This document shows positions 1-15,585 of a stretch of DNA of 64,000 nt, in pieces. A program made the position numbers and the translations under genes. How positions within the stretch are numbered: position 1 is the stretch's first letter; each line of letters begins with the position of its first letter. The notes under the pieces were generated by a model that did no database searches, was not told where the DNA came from, and worked only from the letters and a program-made list of their open reading frames with translations. Source of the DNA: the human T2T-CHM13v2.0 reference genome, Homo sapiens; NCBI RefSeq assembly GCF_009914755.1, contig NC_060925.1; one strand, given 5' to 3'.

Positions 1-124
1 ATGTCATCTCCTCTATGAAGTCTTCCTCTGTGTCCCATGCTGCCCCATCTGTATGTATCTGTAGTGATTTGTATGTATCCCCAGTAGAAAACCCTCCCTT
101 GTACTGTAATTAATAACTACTATC

Positions 125-295
125 CAGGCACTGTGTTAAGACTGTCACACTCATTAATTTCAAATCTATCTCTCTGCAAGCCAGAGTCAATACCTATTTA
201 ACAGATGGGGGTGATAAGGCTCAGAAAGGTTAAGAGGCTTGCCTAAAATCACACAGCTAATAAGTGGCAGATCTGTAATTTGAGCCCAGGTCTGC
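125..295 (-). mobile_element. MIR
   Basis: Reverse MIR core (aacagatgg...aggctcagaaaggttaag...cacacagcta). Confidence 0.75.
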
Positions 296-564
296 TCATG
301 TCCCAAGCAAATAATTCTTTGGTTGGTTCAGGCTGCCACCTCCATCCAACTGCAGCTGAATCCGATGCCTACTGGGGTCCCAACCTTTGCAGTTCCCCAA
401 TGGATCAACCTCAGAGATGAGCTGTCACTCAGCCCCAATGTCTGGGGTATCCCAGGCCAAAGGTGATCTACCAGCTGGTGCCACCTCACCCTCACGGCGT
501 CTAGGACAACCTGGAAAGTCCTAGGGGCTTGTATATAGGCAACTAGGCATTAAAAGCTGCTCCT

Positions 565-866
565 GGCCGGGCATGGGGGCTCAGGTTTGTAGTCCCAGCA
601 CTTTGGGAGGCCAAGGCAGGCAGATCACTTGAGGTCAGGAGTTTGAGACCAGCCTGGCCAACATGGTGAAACTCCATCTCTACTAAAAATACAAAAATTA
701 GACAGGTGTGGTAGCGCATGCCTGTAATCCCAGCTACTTGCGAGGCTGAGGTGTGAGAATCACTTGAACCCAGGAGGCAGAGGTTGCAGTGAGCTGTGTG
801 CCACTGCACTCCAGCCTGGGTGACAGAGCAAGACTCTGTCTCAAAAAAAAAAAAAAAAAAAAAAAG
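565..866 (+). mobile_element. AluS
   Basis: Full dimer, A-tail, degenerate TSD aaaagctg..cct. Confidence 0.95.
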
Positions 867-1108
867 CTGGCCCTATTTTCCCCATATTCTAGGATTCTAG
901 GGCTCTATGAATCCACTCCCTCTGTCTACACAGGCAGCGTCAGGAAAGAGTGCTGGTTCTGGAGTCAGTCAACCTGGGTACCGGCTGTAGGACCTTAAGA
1001 ATGGGACTTAACCTCTCTGGTGCCACAGTCAGCTTACCTGTGATTTGGGAGAACCCCTCCTCACAGTGACTGAGTGCGGCTGTGTAAGTTGAGTACCTGC
1101 CACAGTAG

Positions 1109-1627
<519 letters not shown>

Positions 1628-4096
1628 GATTCCAGTTCTTAACATACATAACACACATACTTCTTAGAAACTCTCCTGTGGTCGCCAAGAGACATGAATA
1701 TGGAAGTCCCACACAGCATGTGCTGTGGTTGTGAATGAGAAACAGCCTAAATGCCCATCTATAGGAGCCTGGATAAACCACAGGAGAGCCACATCATGGG
1801 ATGGAATACTACACGGTAATGAAAACCAAGTGGCTGCAACTCAAACAACAGGAAGACAGAAAAGCTGCAGAAGTCAACATGGAGCCTCCAATCAATTATT
1901 GAAAGTTCAAAAACAGTGAGCAACATCATACCTATGTATCATTTAGGGAGGCAGAATCAGGCTGCGCTTGGTGGCTCACACCTGTAATCCCAGCACTTTG
2001 GGAGGCCGAGGTGGGCGGATCACCTGAGGTCAGGAGTAACAGTATCAAGACAGTCACTGAAGAGTCTCTCCCAGTCTCTTCCCCTGGGAGAGAGAGTGGT
2101 AAGAAACGGACTGGGGGTGTGGGGGTATGGGGGATTCAACTGCATTTGGGATGTTTTATTCCTTAAGCTGAACACTTACATACCAGTGTTTGGTTTTACT
2201 GAGCCTGATGCTTTTAATATGTCTGAGATATTTTGCTACCCACCAGAATAGGTCAGACAGACTTGGGCTTCGAGCCAGCCCTGTGCTTTGCTGCCATGCG
2301 ATCCTAGTCTTCTCTGTGAAGTGGGAATCCTATCGCCCACTGTTAGCTCCCGGGACTCTTCTGAGAATTAAACAAGGTCGTGTCTGCAAAGGGCCTGGCA
2401 TCCGGTGGCTGCCATTGTTCCTGCTGCTGTTGGGAGGGTCTCCCAAAATGAACAGACAGAGGGGAAGGCCAGCTCGCAGGCCTCAGATGGGGAAAAGGGT
2501 TTGCTTGTCACAAGGCCAGTCCAGCCCGCGGCGACGCTGAGCTGGTGACGCATCTGCAGCTCTGGGGATTGAGCAATCTTGGTCCCCTGACCGGGATGGA
2601 GTCATGGGCCCAGGCTGGCTGGAGCCCCTCTACTGCTCCCCACCCGCTTCTCAGACTTTGTGTTCCTGGCCTTCTTGGGACCCCTCCAGGCTGGCAGCCA
2701 CACCCTCCCCTCTGTGAGCTAGGCAGGAAAGCCCGGTTCCATTCCTGCCCAGTTCTCTTCGGCCTCTCCTGAGCCCCTGCTCCCCAACTCAAGGTGGGGT
2801 CCTAACCACCTTGCATCCAAACAGATCCTCTGGAGACGCACGAGTGGGTCAGGGCAGTCAAGAGCTGTGCAGGCTCAGACAGGTCATGTGACTTCTGTAG
2901 GTCCCTGGCTTTAGCAGGTGTGGCCGAAGGTGTGGGGTGCCAGTGTCTGTCTCCTGGTTCAAATCCAGGCTCGGGGTGTGACCCCAATGTTCTTGAACTT
3001 AAATCAGAGCCACCGCGATCTCTTTCTCGAAGTGGGGACAAAACACATGCAAAGCAGGGCCTGCCCCTCCAAGGTGCACCTTGAAGGTATCAGACGGCAT
3101 GGACGAGGTCCCCTCGCTGGCTGCTGTGACGGTTAAACGATTCTTCCCAGCTCTGCACAACTCAAGTGATAGCTGTTGGACTCGGAGATGAACAAGAGTG
3201 AGGGAAACGGTGGGGGAGAGCAGTGGGCAAGACCTGGCGTGGCAAGTGGGGAGCAGGAGGCCCTCGTGTGGACTCGCAGAGACCCAAACCCAATGAAACA
3301 AGTACCCTGCTGGCGCATGTGCAGGAACTGATCAGCGTTCCTGAGGGCCCAAGGACATTTCCAGGGCACAGCTTGGGGAGGGCAGCAGAGTGGGAGCAGC
3401 TGTGAAATTGGGTTTCAGGTCATGACGCAGTTGGGGAACTTATTTCCTTCATCCCTGCCCTTTCCTGACCCTGTCCCACTCCCTTAACAAAGGTCAGCCT
3501 GGCCTAGGGGTGTCCTCCCTGGAGACCTCCCCTCCCTTGTGCCTCAGCCTCTCACTGTCTTTGGGGCAGACATTTCTCCGCTCTGGGCTTCAGTTTCTCT
3601 ATCTGTAAAATGGGTGGGGTGATATTTCAGGCCTTAGCAACTTCTAAAATCCCATTTTTTGAAGATTTAGAACCAGTGAGCCTTCCTGAGGCCCACTTCA
3701 CAAGCCTATCCAAGCAGAGGTGGCAAAATCCTCCTCCCTGGGTGAGAGGCAGGCGACACCCCTGAGTTGGTCACACCAGCCTTCCAAGGAGCTAACCCGA
3801 CCTGACAGTCACTTCAGCCTGGCCAGGCCCCCAGGCAGTGTGCCAAAAAGCGGACGGGGGAGGGGATTTGCAGCAAGAGCTACAGCTCCCCAGAGGCCGC
3901 ACTTCTGTCGGGGGAGACGCTGAGCGAGGGTCAGAAGAAAGTCAGCATGGGAAATGTGACGTCAGCAGAGGCAGATGCGAAGGAATACTATCCGAAAATG
4001 CTTCCGTAAACTCACCCTCCCAGGAAGCCAAATTCTGTGGGTTTTCAGTGGAGCTGGGTCTGTACAATCTCCCGGGCTCCGTTTTCTCATCAGCTA

Positions 4097-4486
<390 letters not shown>

Positions 4487-4983
4487 CTAAATGGCCTGGT
4501 ACATACTAGGGCCTCCATAAATGCCGGCTCCATGCTGCCCCCACCTCTGTCCACCAGGGCACCCCCGGCACCAAGGGCCAGACTCCCTCTGCTGCCCCCA
4601 ATCTGCTTCTCAGACTTTCTGCTCCTGGCCTTCCTGGGAGCCCTCCAAGCCAGCAGCTGTGCCCTCCCCTCTGTGAACTGGGCAGGAAAGCCAGGCTCCA
4701 TCCCTGTCCAACTCTCCTCAGCCTCTCCTGAGACCTGGCTCCTCATTCTCGCCACTCCCTACCAGGCACCGGGAGGCACGGCTCACTGTTCCCTAGTTTG
4801 TCTTGGTCCCCCAGAGGGCCAACAAGCAGTCTGGGTGTTTACATTAGTTCAGCTGAGACAGGCTGAACAAACACACGCGGTCCCATGGCTTCTAGTGCCA
4901 GCCCCCACACACCACTCGCCACCCAGGCTGTCTTGAGTCCACAGGTGTCCCCACCCCACTCCAGATCTTCTGTTTACACTCGG

Positions 4984-5200
4984 CAGCAGCGTCCCATCTT
5001 TTGACTTCCCTGGGCCACAATGTAAGAAATATTGTCTTGGGTCACACATAAAATACACCAACGATAGCCGATCAGCTAAAAAACAAAGGTGCATGCATAA
5101 ATCTCAGAATGTTTTAAGAAAGTTTATGAATCTGTGGTGAGCCGCATTCAAAGCCATCCCAGGTCACATGCGGCCCACGGGCCGCAGGTTGGACAAGCTC
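4984..5200 (+). mobile_element. MER30 (hAT-Charlie MITE)
   Basis: Matches the recalled MER30 consensus (..cttccctgggccaca..cacataaaatacac..gcggcccacgggccgcaggttggacaagct). Confidence 0.85.
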
Positions 5201-5329
5201 ATTCACAGATTCTCCCCATGGATTCTGTTTGAGGTTTGCTGCGTCCAGCTGATACCTGGTGAGACACTAACCCCGCCCACGACTATCTCCAGGCTCCAGC
5301 CGTCAACAGCTGTATGGGCTCAAACAGGT

Positions 5330-6250
5330 CACCGGACTTCTCATTTATAAAATGGGGATGGTGACAGGGCCAACCCCACAGAGGACTGCTACGATCAAAT
5401 GGGATAATGAGAGGTAGGCGCTAAGCACGTTGCCTGCAGGGCTCATGGAAGGTGCTGGAGAAATAAGCTTTTTAAAAAAAATTTAATACTGTTTTATGAG
5501 TAATTGAAGAGTTTGGCCAGAAGTCAGTGGGTCCTGAGAATACAACCTAAAAATAAGTAGAAAATTCTTGGCCAGACTGTGCTAAGCACTTTCCATGTAT
5601 TATCAACGCCTCGCAGCAACCCCAGGAGATATGGTATGCCATCATCCTTCATTTGCATAGACAGGGAACTGAGGCTCAGAGAGGTTGAGTCACTCACAGG
5701 GGGTCACACAGCTCCCTGAAGGACGCACGTGTCTGTTCCAGAGCCTGTGCTCTTATCTTCCACACTCACCCAAGCTCCTATAGGGGCCGCAGCCTCATCT
5801 CTGTGTCTTTCTTCCCCACCCTTCCTTCATTCTGCGGAGGGTTCCTGAGGTCCCCAGCCTCCTCTAGGCCATGGAGTCCTGGGAGCTGCCAGCAGCGTGG
5901 AGCTCGGCTGTGCAGCCTCCCCTGCCTACTGCCGAGGTGGTGCCTTGAGGAGCTGTGATGGTCTTCCCTTGCCCTGGGTCTGAGCCTCTAGGATCCTGCT
6001 GCTGCAGAACCTCCTGGTTTGGAAAAGGGGAAAGGAGCTGTCTGTAACTCATCATTTAACCCATGCCAGGCACCGCGCAGATATTTTCCCACATAATCTT
6101 CATGATCACCCTGTGCTGGAGGTACTACCATCCCCACTTTACAGAGGAGGAAACCGAGGTTCCAAGAGGTGGTGTCACTTGCCAAGGGTCCCAGAGCTAG
6201 TGCGTGGCGGAGCTGGGGACTCAAACCCAGGTTGCTCTGACTCAAAGCCC
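5330..6250. mobile_element. Cluster of three MIR fragments (~5330-5440 +, ~5570-5750 -, ~6050-6250 -)
   Basis: MIR core motifs (aaaatgggg; ttacagaggaggaaaccgagg; gaggctcagagagg). Confidence 0.7.
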
Positions 6251-6660
6251 ACAATCTTGCTGCTCCCCAGGCTGGCCCCTGCTCCTGGGAGAGATAAGAC
6301 CCCATATAAACAACCCTAACATAAACCAGAAAGCCAGGCAGGCCTTCAGGAGGCCCAGATAACAGCTGGGAAGATACACAAAGAGGGGCTCAGACTTCCT
6401 GGGGAAATCTCTGTGTGAATAACATAAGAGGAATTCTCCACTGGGAGGAGCAGCCCTGGGGCCCCCAGCAGCCATGTCCTGGAAGAGGGTCTGTTGGGGA
6501 CCTAGGCCTGACCACAGGAAAGACAATTTCCAGTGCAGTGGCCCATGGGTGCCTTCACAAGTAATCAATATGGAATGAGCACCTACGGTGTGTTGGGCCA
6601 GGCACCAGGCTTGTCATGCACTTATTATCTTTCTCCATTCTTTCTGCAGTCCTGTCACAC

Positions 6661-7059
<399 letters not shown>

Positions 7060-8530
7060 TGATTCCCAGGTCCGAATGAAACAGAGCTGCGTCCCCGGCC
7101 ACCCTTTGGTCTGGTCTTGTCTCCCTCCTCCTCTGCCTGAAGCTCCCTCACTGCTGCCCCACCTGGCTCATGTCAGGAGCTGGAACAACTTCTGAAGTCA
7201 GCATTATATGCCCCTTTTACAGATGAAGAAACAGGGGCTCAGAAAGAAGTGGCAAGGCGGCTTCTCAGTGAGATGGAGTGGGGATGGGGGTGTGGATAAA
7301 ACCAGGAGACCCCACACCCCACCTGAGCCCGGAGTGCAGCTCCCTCCCTAACGGCTGGGGACAGGTCAGTGCCACCCACCTCTAGCAAATGCTTCCATTC
7401 CCACAACCATGGGCACCTTGTGGAGGACTTGGTAGCCCTTAGCCCAGCAGACGCCCAGGCAGCCTGGCTGCACAGTTGCCATGGAAACACCAGTGGGTTC
7501 TTTGGGGGCAGGAGAGCAACCAGCCCTTCTCACCTGGCCAGTGCAAGGCGCAGGCTGAGGCACAGGTTGGGGCTGTGCCAGGCCCCCCACATGTGTCACA
7601 CTCCAGGGCCCCAGGCCTGTGACCAAAATGGCAGTGCCACTGCTGGCATAGGGGATGGGGACACCAGTGTGGTGGCACTGTTTGGCCCTGAGGGGTTGGA
7701 AGTTGATCTAACCACCTAGCTGGGGAAAAGGACAAGAAAACCCAGCGATGGAGAGGAGAGGCACAGGAAAGGGGGCAGACAGACAAGGGCCTCTTGTCAG
7801 GAAGGACAAGAGGTTCTGATCTAGCACTCTGCTGAGAGAAAGAAACGGGGAGGCCGGGAAGGGAAGTGGGCATGGCCCCCGGAAGAGGACGCACATGGAT
7901 CCGCCCTCTGCTGGAATTTGTGCATGTTTGGTGAAAACCCCTCACTGGGGCTTTGGAGGGAGGGCAGGTCCCAGGGCTCAGGGGTTGGGGTCATTTCCAA
8001 AAACAAGGCTGCTTACACTTTCCCAAAGCACCCACATGGCAGAGGAGAGTCAACCTGTGCCCTGGCAGGACTGAGGACACAGCTAAAAGCTGTGAAAAAA
8101 GCTTAAGTCTCATTTCCTTTTGAATCTCAAAAATTCATGCCAATTCTGCATTCTGCTCCAAAATAGTACCTTTTTATTTTATGATGCAAGTACCCTACTC
8201 TGATCCCCAGGGCAATCTCACACACTGGTATGAGAAGCTCAAATATAAAAATTAAGCATGAAACCTCAAGAGTGGATAAGCTGACCTTGAGGGCGTAGGT
8301 GGAGAAAGGCCCTAGCCTCCCAGAACAACACAGCTGGAACCGGCGGGGGGAGGGTTATGGATCAAAATACACAATAGCCCTGACTGCAGGCCGGATACTC
8401 TGCCAGGGGCTCACATCCATTCACTCATTCATTTTCCTCTTACCCTCTTTAAAATCGTGTGCCTACTACGTGTTAGCACTGTTCTCGACAGATATAGCAG
8501 GAAACAAAACAGACAAAATCCTTGCCTTTG

Positions 8531-8727
8531 GGCCAAGTGCAGTGTTCATGCCTGTAACCCCAGCACTTTGGAAGGCTGAGATGGGAGGATCACCTGAGCC
8601 TGGGAGTTCGAGACTGCAAAGAGCTGTGATTGTGCCACTGCACTCCAGCTTGGGTAACGGAGTGGCACCCCGTCCCAAAAAACTAAAAATAAAATAAAAT
8701 AAAATAAAATAAAATAAAATAAAATAA
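8531..8727 (+). mobile_element. Monomeric Alu (FAM/FRAM-like) with (AAAAT)n tail, inside an L2 fragment
   Basis: Single arm; TSD ccttgcctt on both sides. Confidence 0.8.
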
Positions 8728-8869
8728 GCCTTGCCTTCATGAAACTTATATGCTAGTAGGAGACAGAATAAATAAGACAAATCAAATATGCAGCATGTTA
8801 GACTGTGGGAGGGGCTAAGGGGAGCAATGAGGTAGTGAAGGGAGACAGAAAATGGGAGATGGGGGCAAT

Positions 8870-9360
<491 letters not shown>

Positions 9361-9599
9361 CATATAGCTTCTTAACTGGGTGGGCAGAGGAAGCAGGGGG
9401 CAGAGGCCCATCCCCAAGGGAGAAACCATCCATCAGTGCGGGACTGACAGGGACACTCCACCCACTCAGCCCAGTGTGCTTCTGTCCAGGGAGACTCCAA
9501 CGGCTGCCACAGCTGTGGTTTACTGACTTCAGGTCTGACTGCCCTCTCCAGAGCTGCCCTAGAATCCCTTTGTCTGTGGCTGAAGTGTCCCTCAGAGCT

Positions 9600-10800
9600 G
9601 AGGAACAAGTTTGGAGAGGACCAGGAGGGGCTCTCCCCACCCCCGCCCCTTTCCCACATGAAGAGAAACATTTCAGGGTTGAAAAAATGACTCATTCTCC
9701 CCAGAGAGGGCTGGAGCTGAGCTGAGTCAGGCAGAAGGAGCCCGCGGGTCACTTAATCGGCCTCCCTGCTCTGGCAGAGATGGCTCTGGGCCCCAGGAAG
9801 CCAGGGACAAATGGAGGCGGAGGTGGCAGAGATAAGCAGCTAGTGGAGTGTGCCAGCCTCTCCTTCCCCAACCGAGTGTGTCACTGGGCGTCACCCAGCA
9901 CTGCTCAAGTTGAACCTGATGCAGAAGAAAAATTCCTCTGGACTTTCCTGAACGAGCTTTATGGCTGACTCACTGCCACCTGGAGCCTGCAAGAAAAGTC
10001 ACAAATCACGAAAGAAGGAGAAAAACAGTTCTCGTTAAGCCATGTCTTCAATGGAGGTATCAGAGGTCGCCAGGAGGAAAGCACACATGTTTTGTTGTGG
10101 GTTTCCTTCTCTAAAGAAACACGTTACACAATAGAGGGGGGTTGAGACTGGTTGCAAAACTGCAAAATCCAATTTTGTGTACTGGATTCAATTTCTTCAT
10201 TAGCTGACACTAAACACAGAGACGGGGCCCTTGTGACTAGATGAACCATAAACTGGCTCCAGGACCACCAACCTGGTACCTGATGGCTTGTTTCTGCTCC
10301 CCACTCTTTCCCTCCATGCATCTTTCTCTGAGCTTCTGCTCAAGGCAGGTGCCAGGACAAGCCAGCGTCTCGAGCGGTTCCCCTTCAGCGGTGAGAAGTA
10401 ACGTCACAATTAAGGGGCAAGAGGGGCCAGAGGACAGAACAGTGCCAGTTCCTCATCCAGATTGAAATTTGCTTCCAGCTGCCTGTCCCCACACCAGAAA
10501 GGGCACTCCCTGCTCCCCATGCAGGCTTCTCATCCTCTTTTGCTGGCCTCCTCCCTCCTCGCTGTCCCTGGTCTTTTTCAGCCACAAGCAAAACACACTC
10601 AGCCTTGAAGTCAGATGCTCTACAGAAGCCTGCAAAAACAGAGTCAGGAGTTGTGTGGCCTTGGCCGAGTCACCTCACCTCACCAAGCCTCAGCCTCCTC
10701 ACCTATTAAATGGGGACACAATAGGACCCACTTCCTTGGAGCTGACTGAGGTATGAATTGAGTCAATGCATTCATTGCTCAGCACACAGCTTAGCTCAAA
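9600..10800. promoter_or_regulatory. Candidate intronic enhancer (AP-1 x4, GATA, ETS, NF-kB-like, FOX)
   Basis: TGACTCA 9688 and 9966, TGAGTCA 9723 and 10759, AGATAA 9830, CAGGAAG 9794, TGGACTTTCC 9939, TAAACA 10211, mostly in repeat-poor sequence. Motif evidence only. Confidence 0.45.
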
Positions 10801-12776
10801 GTTAATGCTCAATAAATTGTGGTTCCCACCTCCTGCTCCACGGAGCAGACATGAAACAGGTACGAGAAGCAACGAGAAGGGGCGGCAGCAGAGCATCAAC
10901 ACACAGGGAGTCCTGCCTACTGTCCCGACGCCACCCAGAGGCTCAAGGGGTGCCCCGGCTGCTCTCCGAAGCTGCCGGTGGCACTTTCGCCAGCCACCTT
11001 GTTTCCAAACTTGCTGCCAGCTTCCCCTAGCGCAGTGATTTCCACAACGGAGCTCCCGGCTGTGGGAAGGGGGCTTTCTTTGACTTGTCCTAAAATGGCC
11101 TCACCTGGACCCAGTGGGGTGTGGGGACCAGGGGGCTGGGCCTGGACCTATGAGCATGTTTCCTGCCTCCTCTCAGCCCCCATCCTTCTGCCGCCCCACG
11201 TTCTCAGCCAACAATAGCTGCTTCCCAGACTCAGCTGCCACACAGCACGAGCTCCCTGAGCAAAAATACCCATGCGGGGGAGGGTGGGGAGGTACAGGAG
11301 GGGCCACAAATGGGGAGGGCTGGGAGAAGGGGTGGCAGGATCAAGCTTGTCTCTTGAGTGCCTACTGTGTGTCAAGCTGAGAAGGGTGAAGCCCCTGGGG
11401 GTTAGAGAAACCTGGGAGACCGTGGGGTGTGTGTGTCGGGGGTGCTGGTCTCTAAGACAGCAGAGCCTCCAGTCCCCAGAGAGGGATCAGACCCAGGTCC
11501 AGGGTCTAAGGGTGAAGAAGGGGTCCAGGGAGAAGAAGGTGCCTAAGCAGGAAGCAGGTCCTAGAACCTAGTGAGAAAAAAGGGGGGCCTGAACCCCAAA
11601 GAGAGATCCAAATCTTAAGGAAAATAGGGGCTCAGGTTCGAGGAGATGAGGTTCATAATAGGGGGGTTATATTTCTGGTTTCAGGAGGGGGATGGTTTGG
11701 AGCAGCGTAGGGAGGTGGGGCGAGGCCTGCAGAGCTAAGAATCCATTTAACTGAGCAGCATCTCAGAGGTCTTAGGTGCCAACTGGGGTGACATCAGGGA
11801 AGAAAACAGAAATCCTAAGACAGCAGCCAGCAGCCTGCAGTTACGGAGCCTGGATGGGGAAGCAGCTCCCCGCTGCTGGGGAGACCCCACTGAGCACAGA
11901 GAGGGTCTCCCCAGCCTTTGGCCCCTGCGTCTCCTTTCTCTTCATGACAGGGCATCAGCTCGGGTCCCTGGAAACACCCCCGCTCCCCAGCAAGGGGCTG
12001 TGTTTGCACAGTGGCTCTGGCCCCTAAACCCCACCTCTGTGGACTCCGTCAAAGCCTGGGGAGGGCAGGGTCCTGAGGGCCCTGGTCTCGCTGGGGTCGC
12101 ATAGGTCACATGGAAAGAATTTGGAGGTCACAGCACTGCCCTCCCTGTAGATGCTTCAAAGCACCCCACTCCCTTGAAGCTGCCAGACTCTGCAGGCAGC
12201 AGGGCATGGGGAGGGACGAAGCCACCAGGAGACTGGGAAGAGGGACTCTGTCAGAGCAGCTGCCAGGAATCTGGGGCCTGGAGTCCATGTTTGGCTGGAA
12301 GGCCCTGGGATGGGAGGCTCCAGCTTAGCGTCTGGCTCTAACGCTTGGACTGTGTGACTCCGGTGGCTCATGCAACCTTTCTGGGCTCTGTTTTCTCATT
12401 TGTCAAAGCGACGGGCTGATCCCCTGCCCCACTCCAATCAATCACCAGGCCCTGCCCACTCTACTCAGTTTCTCTGTCTGCCTCTCCCTCACCACTACCA
12501 CTGGCCTGGGCAAAGCCACCACCATTTTCTGATGCCACTCTTGCCCTCCCCACTCAAGTCAAGTTGGATCATCTTAGCTCCCTGCTGACACCCCTTCGAG
12601 AACCGGGAGACCTCCACCCTGCTTGTTACACATTTTTGCCTTTTCTTACTTTGAGGGCACAAATGGAGTCTTTTGGTATAGAGGAAAATAAAGCCTCACC
12701 TGGTCTGCACGGCCCTGCGGGACCCAGCCCTGACCACCCTTCAGCTTCACCCTTCCTCTCTACTCCAGCTACACAG

Positions 12777-13167
12777 CTGGGGTCCCCAGCCCCCCGGGCC
12801 TCAGACCAGTACCAGTCCATGGCCTGTTAGGAACCGGGCCGCACAGCAGGAGGTGAGCTGTGGGTGGACATTACCGCCTGAGCTCTGCCTTCGGTCAGAT
12901 CAGCGGTGGCATTAGATTCTCGTAGGAGCGCGAACCCTATTGTGAACTGCACGTGCGAGGGATCTAGGCTGTGCATTCCTATGAGAATCTATGAGAATCT
13001 AACTAAGGTGATGAATCTAACTAACATGAACTGAGGTGGAACAGTTTCATGTACCTCAGATCATCGGGCTTAGTTAGATTCTCATAAGGGAAACCATTCT
13101 TCACACCCTGTCCATGGAAAAATTGTCTTCCACGAAGCCTGGCACCAAAAAGGTTGGAGATTGCTGC
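12777..13167 (-). mobile_element. MER1B (hAT-Charlie) with an internal rearrangement
   Basis: Reverse complement matches the recalled MER1B consensus, including both termini (ggggtcccca...; ...aaaaaggttggagattgctg). Confidence 0.85.
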
Positions 13168-13494
13168 TATAGGTCACTCACCCCAGGACCTTTGCACATG
13201 CTGTTCTCACAGCCTAGACTCTTTTTCTCTCCATTTATTTGCCTGGTTAACACTTAACACATCTTTCAGATCTCTTCTCAAATCCTTCTTCCTCAGGGAT
13301 GTCTTCCCTGCTCCTGCTCTCTGCCAGGGATGGCTCCTCTGACATAAACTCCCATAGCAACCTGCTTATAGTTAGAGATCTGTGCAACTGTCCAAGACCA
13401 TGCCTGCTTGCTAACCATTCTAGACCTTGTGCCTGGCACATAGTGGGTCCTCAGTAAATGGTAGATATTGCCACCACTGATCATCCCACATTTA

Positions 13495-13886
<392 letters not shown>

Positions 13887-14184
13887 TTAGGAGGAACACA
13901 GGCCTCGGCTGCTGAGGGTCTGCTTTCTAATCCCAGCTCTGCCACCACAAGCTTTGGGCAAGGTACCGCCTCTCTGAGCCTCAGTTTCCTTATCCAATTG
14001 ATCTAAAGGTGGAATGGACATGCTGGCTGTTCATCATGACTGCTGCGAATCTCTCTCTAGACTCCCACCTCCCTTTGCATCCATTCCCCCTACCAGGCGA
14101 TGTTCTGATGGCTGAAGTGACCAAATAAAATGCCCAGGATAGTGTTGGACCCAGAGAAGACATGTAATAAATTAGATTTCTAGC

Positions 14185-14357
14185 ATATTCTATGGTCCAC
14201 CAGCATCAGAATCAGGCATTCTGCTGGAAATGTAGGTTCCTGGACCCTCCCCCCGACACTTACTGAGTTAGAACCTCTAGGATGAGGGCAATGAAACTTG
14301 CATTTGTAACCAGCATTCCTGATGATTCTCATGCACATGTCCGTTGAGAAGCACTGA
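14185..14357. mobile_element. MER5A-like DNA transposon
   Basis: cagcatcagaatca...tgattctcatgcac...ttgagaagcactg motifs. Confidence 0.7.
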
Positions 14358-15283
14358 AATCAATGCAACCTTATGCTTGCTACCGCCGACTTGCAATTCC
14401 TGGGTGTCCTGATTACCAGCACAGAGGTGAGACTCACCAGAAAGGGGCGTGGCCTTCATAACCTGGTATTCTTCCTGATGGCTTAAAAACACGAGTACAG
14501 CCTTGCAGTTAGATTGAGGTGCAAATTCCAGTCCCTCTACTTACTGGCTTAGCTGTGTGACCTTGGACACATGGCTCAACCTCTGTGAGTCACCTTTCTC
14601 ATGCTTAAAACGGCAGTAAATTACCTCTACCTGCCAGGGTTGTTGCAATGATCTGAGGAGGTGCCTTATGCAAAGCACAGTTCATGTGCTCGGGGCAAAC
14701 AGTGGAAAAACAAACCAGGAAATGCTTCTCTGTCTGTCTGTGCCTCCTACCTGCCACAGGAGAACTGAGGGTAGAATCTGTGTACCCTTCTCAGCACACC
14801 ACAAATCCTAGTCACTTAGAGAGACACAGACTGCCTACAAGGCTAGTCAACTCCCAACCACCTTTGCAGAAGGGGGAGAGAGTGGGAGTTTGTGAAGAGC
14901 AAAAGCAGGAATTGGATGGGAAAATGGTCTAGGGCTCACGTGGAGTGACCCAGGACCCAGAGTCTCACCTCCCAAGGCTAGGCCTTGTAGGGCAGCAGGG
15001 CCAAGCATGCTGCAGGAAAGAACACAGAGTCTGGAGCCAGACTGTTCAGGTTTAAATTTTGGCTCTGCTACTACTAGCTTTGCCTGGCTGGCAAACTCCT
15101 ACCCATCCTTCAAGACCCAACTCAAACATCACCTCCCTGGACCAAGTTACTGGGCCTTTAAAGGCTCCTGCCCACATACTCACTAAATACTTTTTTTTTT
15201 TTTTTTTTTTTTTTGAGACAGAGTCTCCCAGGTCCTATTCCTCTGGGCCTTTAAAGGCTCCTGCCCACATACTCGCCAAATAC

Positions 15284-15585
15284 TTTTTTTTTTTTTTTTT
15301 TTTTTTTTTTGAGACAGAGTCTCCCTCTGCCACCCAGGCTGGAGTGCAGTGGCATGATCTCCACTCACTGCAACCTCTGCCTCCCGGGTTCAAGTGATTC
15401 TCAGCCTCCTGAGTAGCTGGGACCAAAGGCACGTGCCACCATGCCCAGCTAATTGTTTCGTATTTTTTGTAGAGATGGGGTTTTGTCATGTTGCCCAGAC
15501 TGGTCTCGAACTCCTGGCCTCAAGTGACCCACCCATCGCAGCCTCCCAAAGTTCTGGGATTACAGGTGTGAGCTACCGCCCCTAG
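15284..15585 (-). mobile_element. Alu (old S/J) with a duplicated tail junction
   Basis: Full dimer; TSD ctcaccaaatact at 15591, variant copies at 15272 and 15179. Confidence 0.93.
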
